The notes under the pieces were generated by a model, which worked only from the letters and a program-made list of their open reading frames with translations, ran no database searches and had not been told where the DNA came from. A stretch of DNA of 56,474 nucleotides, the filler included, from Dugesia japonica (Eukaryota), in assembly GCA_001938525.1 (NCBI GenBank). It is 5 parts of 5 records of this genome, joined end to end, with 100 filler letters (N's around TTAATTAATTAA, not from the genome) between each part and the next. Parts side by side here need not be neighbours in the genome. Positions count along the whole stretch, not along the records: positions 47,639 to 56,474 come from MQRL01647629.1; 4 more parts are not named here. One strand, 5' to 3'. Below, one piece after another: positions 50,050-56,474 of this stretch (the stretch's first letter is position 1; the number at the start of each line of letters is the position of its first letter). The position numbers were made by a program, and so were the translations under genes.

Positions 50050-51960
50050 AATTAAATTCAAAGATTTATTTAAAAATTAAAAGTTACACAATTTCTGACA
50101 ATATTTACTGTTACTCTGCTCTTCTTCAAAATGCTTTACACTTCTTCAACCATTCTATTATTCTGTACGGAAATTCGATTTCAACTAGACGATCTGATAT
50201 GAACTTCATTATCTGATATGGTTCTTCATATTGGAAATCATTCTCTTTTTTATGGTTCAATACAAACTAACATCCACTTTTAAAATGTTCTGTCTACACT
50301 TTTCATTTTCAAAATTTGTAATTTTATTAGCTACACCATTTAAATTTTGTCCAACTGTTTCTAGATCAATCATTTAATATTAATATCATTCAATGTTAAA
50401 TTTTCAGAAATGGTTTCAGTCTTTGTAGGTAAATTTGTCCGTCTTCCAAATATAAACTTAAACAGTGAGAATTTTGTCGACTCTTAAAAATGATTGCGTT
50501 TATATTGAACTCAATTCTTGGAAGTAATTTATTTCAGTTTGTCCCGCTAAAATTTCCTTATCATATATCTTATGGTCTGAATCATCCTTTCTATCCGCCA
50601 ATTCGATTGGTGTTGGTACGGGCGCTGAATTCTTGTTTAATTTTAGCTTGTACTTAGTTCTACTTGTATTTAAACTCTAATATATTTGCGTATCAATATA
50701 TATTTTCTGTGTTTTTAATTATTTGCCCTATCAGTTATACAATTGAATGACGTTTACAACGTTATTTAAGAGAATCATAGCCAGAAATCTAGATTGGAAT
50801 GTTTATAGAGGAAGCAAATTATTTCAAATGTTTAAAAATATTGAAATGAAACAAAACTTCTCCAATTATTTTAAAAAATACATATTCAAAATTTCTAGAT
50901 ATTACTACGACTATTTCTACTATTACCAAAAGATCTTAAAAACCGAACCCGAAAAGGAAACCGTTGATTTTTGTTTTCAAAAATCGAAAACTCCGGATTT
51001 CCAGAAACCCTGCCAACATATCATGCATCAACTTTTTTAACGTGGCCGGTGCCGCCGCTAACCCTAATAGGATCCTATTGAACATAAATTGGCTCTCCAA
51101 TGTACCAAACGCTGCAACATCTCTCGAACATTCTGCTAATTATACCTGATAGTAAGCTTGTTCTAGATCAATTGAAGAAAATATTGACAATGGTGGTTTT
51201 ACTAATTTTATTCAGTACTCTTCACACATAACTGTAATCTATGCTCCTGAATCCGATGAAATTTTCAATTGTACTCCATTTATGTCAACTCTCCTTCATT
51301 CACTCCCGTTTTCTTTATCATACCTATCTCTTCTCTATCTATCGTAATTTTTCTTGTGGTTACGATAATCGTTTACTTTCGTTAAAATGACATTTTGTCA
51401 GCTGTTTCATAGAAACGGTTAGTTTTCCGCTTACACCGTGCTTTTTATTCTACGTAATTACCGGTTGTGACATCCTCTCGCTGTATTTTCTGATACATTG
51501 CCATTTTTGTTATCTTTTTTATCAATATCTTACATTATCGTTTGTTTTAAAACTACTCGACGAAAGGTTTTGATCTCTTCTCTCATGACTATTTCGATTT
51601 TTCTTTCACATATTTGAGTAACATTCTCTGTACTACATAAATATTTCCATTACCATTGAAAATGTTCTTTATCTTCATATATTTTTGCGAGAGATCTTAT
51701 CGTAGCAACTTTAAACTCTGTTTTTATTGTAATCATCTCTCGCGAATTCTCATTCCTGATATTCTTTATTAGCAAACCAACTACGATTTCGTCATTAAAT
51801 AAGCATGAATTTATTAGACAGTTTACTAAATTCTTTACTTGTATCTTGAAATTTGCAAATAATTAATCGAATTCTTGCCAAACTAACGATTATTTAGTAA
51901 TGCGGGTGATGTTTTTCAAGTCACAGTTTTCTTCCACAAAATTCCGAATTATTGAGGTTT
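50050..51960 (-). mobile_element. Decayed Ty3/gypsy element (gag/protease relic, RT, integrase) with internal deletions
   Basis: RT: FSSIDLEQAYYQV*LAECSRDVAAFGTLESQFMFNRILLGLAAAPATLKKLMHDML (51010-51185). Integrase-like RIERMIQTI (~50570-50600) and FIFGRRTNLP (~50430-50460). Protease-like DSGA at ~51245. Confidence 0.85.
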
Positions 51961-52227
51961 TTTAAATCAAATTTAAAACTTTTTCAAGTGATAATTTATT
52001 TATTAATTTTTTAAAGTTTTCAATTTACGATAAATAAATTTTTATTTTTCAGTTTTGGCTGAAACCAAAAAGCGCTTTTGTTATAACCTTAGTTATAAGT
52101 AATCAGTTAATTTATATCAGTGACCGTAAACCGGGAAATAAATATTACGTGGAATCGCGGACCTGACTTATATCTGGAATTTTAAAACAGCATAAAGAGA
52201 AGTTTTTTTGACGTCTTCCTTTTTAAT

Positions 52228-53350
52228 TTATCTCCCAAATTTTGCTTCAATATTACAAATGTAATTTTCTACTTCATCCGTTTGGCTATTGACATTTTGT
52301 ACTAGCTGATACCCAAAAATATTCAGCATATCTATTCCTACAATCAGATCTGGTGTCAGTTTTTCTGCAATTAAGAAAGCAACTTCTTTGCAAACTTCAT
52401 CAATTATCACTCCAGTTCTAACTTTGCCAACAATTTCAAGTGTCCTATTGTTTGCACAACGCAATCTTGCATCAGTCATTTATAAATGTAGTTCTCGTAA
52501 TTTATTAAAACAACTTAAACTCATAATGTTAATTCGAGCTCCTGTATCTAATAAACATTAAACTTTATTTCCTTGAATTCATACCGTAACACTTGGTCTG
52601 CCTTGCAATTTATTGTACGAAATATTTGTTTTCTGTTCTGCTTCAATTGATCCAACCCATTCTACTTTCCAATCATCCGTAAAACTTTCCATTTTTAAGA
52701 ACGTGTATACTTTTTCTGTAACTTTCCCGATATCATCCTACTTTTCAACCCCTTGGTGATAATCAATGGATGGCTTCAACCAGCTCCTTTACTCATGAAG
52801 CTCCGCTTTTTGCGTACTATTTTTCATAATCACTTTCATATGCTTCGTCATATCTATCGTTAGTATTGACTTCTTCATCTGCAATCGCATTCATTTGAAT
52901 TTGTCGGTTTCCTGGCCTTCTAGCAGTCACAAATTTCTCAGTTGTTCTTTTCATTTTCAAATTTGTGTAGCACTCTTCTACTCTATGTCCATCATTTCTA
53001 AATCTTTTATACCTCGCCTCTTGGCATAACCTTATGTGGCCCACTTTTCCACAACCAATACATTTTGTTGGTTTTTTATCTGGACAATCTTGACTTATAC
53101 GTCCTGTTTTTTGAATATTCTAACATTCAACCACGTTTTTGTCAGACAATTTGCTTTAGTAATACCGATCCTATGACATAACCAACATTCGATATTTCGT
53201 TTTTCCTTTCTTTGATCCACATGTCTACTTACTGTATGGTTTACAGGTTTCTGATAATTTCGACTTGTAACTCTGGCTTAATTTCTAACTTCTCTGCGTT
53301 TTTCTATTCGATATACTAAAGTCATTTTTTCTTCAATTTCTTCTATATTC
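52228..53350 (-). mobile_element. Ty3/gypsy gag-protease remnant related to the 19970-21741 element
   Basis: CWLCHRIG and CIGCGKVGH knuckles; GRPSVTV*IQGNKV*CLLDTGARINIMSL; LRCANNRTLEIVG; YICNIEAKFGR (cf. YLCNIEAKYGR). Confidence 0.9.
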
Positions 53351-54689
53351 TGTCGTTTCCACAAATATACTTCTTCTTCAACTTTTTTGTTATCTGAACC
53401 ATATACTAGGATCTTCGCTAAGTAATAAATATACTTCTAAGTAATAAAATATTTTAATAATTTTTGAAATAATTTAGTTTAATAATACGTTTGCTACCTA
53501 CACGTAAAATGGATAACGTTCCTCAAAGACTCAAAATATATTTTGCACTGTTACACAAAACTGATTCCAGTATAAGAATCTCGGTTTGTTTTAGCCAAAA
53601 ATATGATTTTGATGTGATTCTCACAATGAATCTCAAGTATGAGTCAGCTTTTTATAGACTAATACTTAATATGAATTCAGTTACAATAGACTTCACGATA
53701 AATAATATATTGAATACGTCTCAACTGCCATCCACATATGAGTCATTATTCTGTTTCAGCAAACCATGTGGCTAATATATGAGCCAATATGTAGTGAACG
53801 TGTTAAATTCTGTCAAAATATTCATCAATAATTACTTTTGTGTTATGATCTTTAAAATATTTTATAAAATAAATGCATATAGGAATAATAATGTGAACAC
53901 AATACAAACTATTTCTGTTGATTTTTCTTTGATATAATTGCCAAATGTATACCGAAAATTTTTATCTTTTACTAAATTCTATGAACTTAATAAAAATTGA
54001 TTTATAATGGAATAATTAATGGAAATGTTTAAAATTTGTTGTAAAAACATGTTTTAAAAATCAATTTTTGTTTTAAAATTAAATAAAATGTATATAGTAT
54101 GTTGGTTTCACCTCCATTTTACCTTAAACCTCTCATAAATACTGTGTATTACATTAGAAAACTCCTATTGCCTGTTAGTTTGGTTCTAAAATTTATCATT
54201 AAGTCATCTGATACATCAAGTACACTTCAGTAGACGTTCTCTATACACTGATATCATCTTGTGGCCAAGAGAGTTTAAAATTACTTTTTAAATCCCTTTA
54301 GTCATGTATGATAGAATTAAAAATATTTAATTAATAACGGGTCTCTTAGAGCAAAATAAAATGTCCGTTACAAACATATCCGATTAATAATAGAAGAGAT
54401 TAAAAGAAATTGAAATTACGCCTTTATCTCTAATAAATGGTTTGTATGACATTTGTGATAAAGTTAATAAAGGAGAACACCTAATTACAATGTGACCTTT
54501 CATGTAAATAAAATTTCATTATTAATAATATATAGGGATAACCAGAAAAAATTCCCGTTTTTAATTAGATGTTTACAAATATAACTACAAATGGAATTAA
54601 TGTATTTTAAAATTATTATGATAAGTAACGAATTATTAACAACTTTATTTACTTGTGTCATCATTCACAAATAATTTCCACCTTTTTTC

Positions 54690-54960
54690 AAGATTATTTT
54701 CAACAATACGACATATCTTTTCTATGTTATCAGCAGTTTGATGTTTCGAAGCCTCCCTGAATCATTTTTTGCTTACAAAACATGTTCTTTCACTTCTCTT
54801 TTATTCCTGTACCAATTACTGGACTTTCCTTTCCGTCATGACATTATCTATGCCACATACATTTGATAAACAAAGTGTAGATATCTGTCGCATTGAATTT
54901 ATTGCATACCATAGTCACAGTGAAGAAATTTATGTATTCCATTTTCATTTCCATAACCTT
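54690..54960 (-). mobile_element. Mariner N-terminal HTH remnant
   Basis: NATDIYTL / SNVCGIDNVMTERKVQ*LVQE*K ... TADNIEK resembles the mariner HTH followed by the GRP region. Confidence 0.5.
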
Positions 54961-56406
54961 ATACAACTAATATTCTATGAATTCCACAATTTGAAATTTA
55001 AAAATTATAATTTAGTATATATATATATATATGCTTTAAACCGGTAGTTTTTTTCTGAGCACCCAAATTTTCAATAAAAATGTTAAGAATTCCTCTAGAA
55101 TTAATTTAAATAATCGGAAGAAAACTTGTTGAACTTATTGAACCAGAAATTATAAAATATACAAAATAAAAATGTATTTAAAAATTTTCAATTAAATTAT
55201 TTTCAAATTCACAAAAATAAAATTTGAAATAAATTTGCGATTGGTTTAAATAAGAGAGAAAATTGAAATAATTAATTTACTGATAAGAAGAGCTGAAAGG
55301 TTTTAAAATTTGTAAAGTTCTTTTACAAAAAAATAACGAAAATTTTTAATTATAGAAACTATATAAGTTTACAAAACTATTTGAAATTGAAATCTATCAA
55401 ATAAAAAAAGATGTTAAATTTGTTTATAAATAATATCAAATCTGGTGTTTATTATTATTCAAGATTTAAATAAATCTTAATATGAGCTTACTTAGTGATT
55501 CTGATTTTAATTATCAAGAGCCGACGATTGTTTCATCTAACAATACGTTTTTAAATATTAAATAAACATTGATTGTTAAAGAATATTTTTATTATTACAA
55601 ATATTGACATTTTTTAAAATATTTCTATAGTTATTTGTCAATAAAATGTAAAAATTTCTCAAATACTTTAAGAAACACGTTGACTAAAACGAAATACGGC
55701 GAATTCCGCTTAACTGAGACACGTTTGTGTATTCGGGTTTTGTTTCAACCACTTAAGTGGGTCAATTTTTATGAAAAATATATTTTCCTAAAATTTTTGA
55801 CAAAAATTTCTTTTAAATTAACTAAATATCTCTTCGGTTTAGTAGCAGTCTATTAAATTGAATAAAACCAGTTGGACAAATGTAGTTTGGACAAATGAAA
55901 TTTAATAAAACAGCACATATTGATAGTTTCTTTGGAGGTTCAATACCAGTATAAATAAGAGTTTATTTATTTATTATTGTTAACCGTTAATCTGAATTTA
56001 TCGAATTAAATTTTTTGAAATGCGAAAATCAAAATTTCCTACATTACTAGATTGTTTAATAATCCGTTCCTGTTAAAGATTATGTTGAATTATTGCCCAA
56101 TCTAGTAAAATAGAAAATTTTGATCTTCACAATTTGAAATATTTTGAAGTAAAGTATTAATAAAATTTTAAAAAATATCAAAACAAAAGAAATCATCACT
56201 TCAAAGTTCCATTTAAACATGGTTGATTATTTCTCATTTTATCAGACCATGAAACAATAACAAATAACAAAAATAATTAATTGTTAATCTTGTGACTCAT
56301 ATTGACACAAAAGGTCACTCTCATGCAGCTAATTAATATTTTATTGGTATCACATTAAAAATGATTGAGTTCATTATATTAAGTATATAACTGATTTCAA
56401 ACTTTG

Positions 56407-56474
<68 letters not shown>
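56407..56474. repeat. (ATT)n microsatellite to the window end
   Basis: Direct reading. Confidence 0.98.

Noticed and set aside
53491-53775. 94-aa ORF as a gene (similarly 15447-15957 and 4984-5169)
   Set aside because: No recognisable motif and no consistent splice phase linking it to neighbouring exons.
56335-56375. FIGITLKMIEF as the missing KH exon of the STAR gene
   Set aside because: It lacks the GPRG/GxxG loop and convincing splice sites, so the resemblance is probably chance.

Overview
Very AT-rich, gap-ridden draft scaffold from an animal (eukaryotic) genome. It has 48-49 nt GT-AG introns, a class A GPCR and a STAR/Quaking-type gene. The compact introns and composition would fit a reduced invertebrate such as an orthonectid, but that is only a guess. 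Host genes seen: three exons of a dynamin/mitofusin/DSTYK-like P-loop protein with degenerate GTPase motifs (796-4660, +); a 360-nt phase-1/1 exon for an F5/8C/galactose-binding-like extracellular domain (18873-19232, -, apparently duplicated by assembly); an FMRFamide/myosuppressin-receptor-like GPCR (46385-47538, -); and the first two exons of a STAR-family RNA-binding protein (48452-48848, +). Most of the rest is decayed mobile DNA: Ty3/gypsy (4 pieces), hAT (2), Tc1/mariner (several), Tigger/pogo (2), an RLE-type non-LTR 3' end, a Polinton/Maverick pPolB pseudogene and a probable Penelope RT relic. Two things stand out. (1) A dispersed ~190-nt repeat family (about a dozen full or partial copies) has a 5' end that folds as a minimal type I hammerhead ribozyme. 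The copy at 31949-31989 has all motifs intact, other copies show compensatory changes, several sit as inverted pairs, and one filled/empty site pair suggests retro-insertion. (2) A decayed tandem array at ~22-27 kb contains two unidentified small coiled-coil ORF families. All calls were made by eye and no searches were run.
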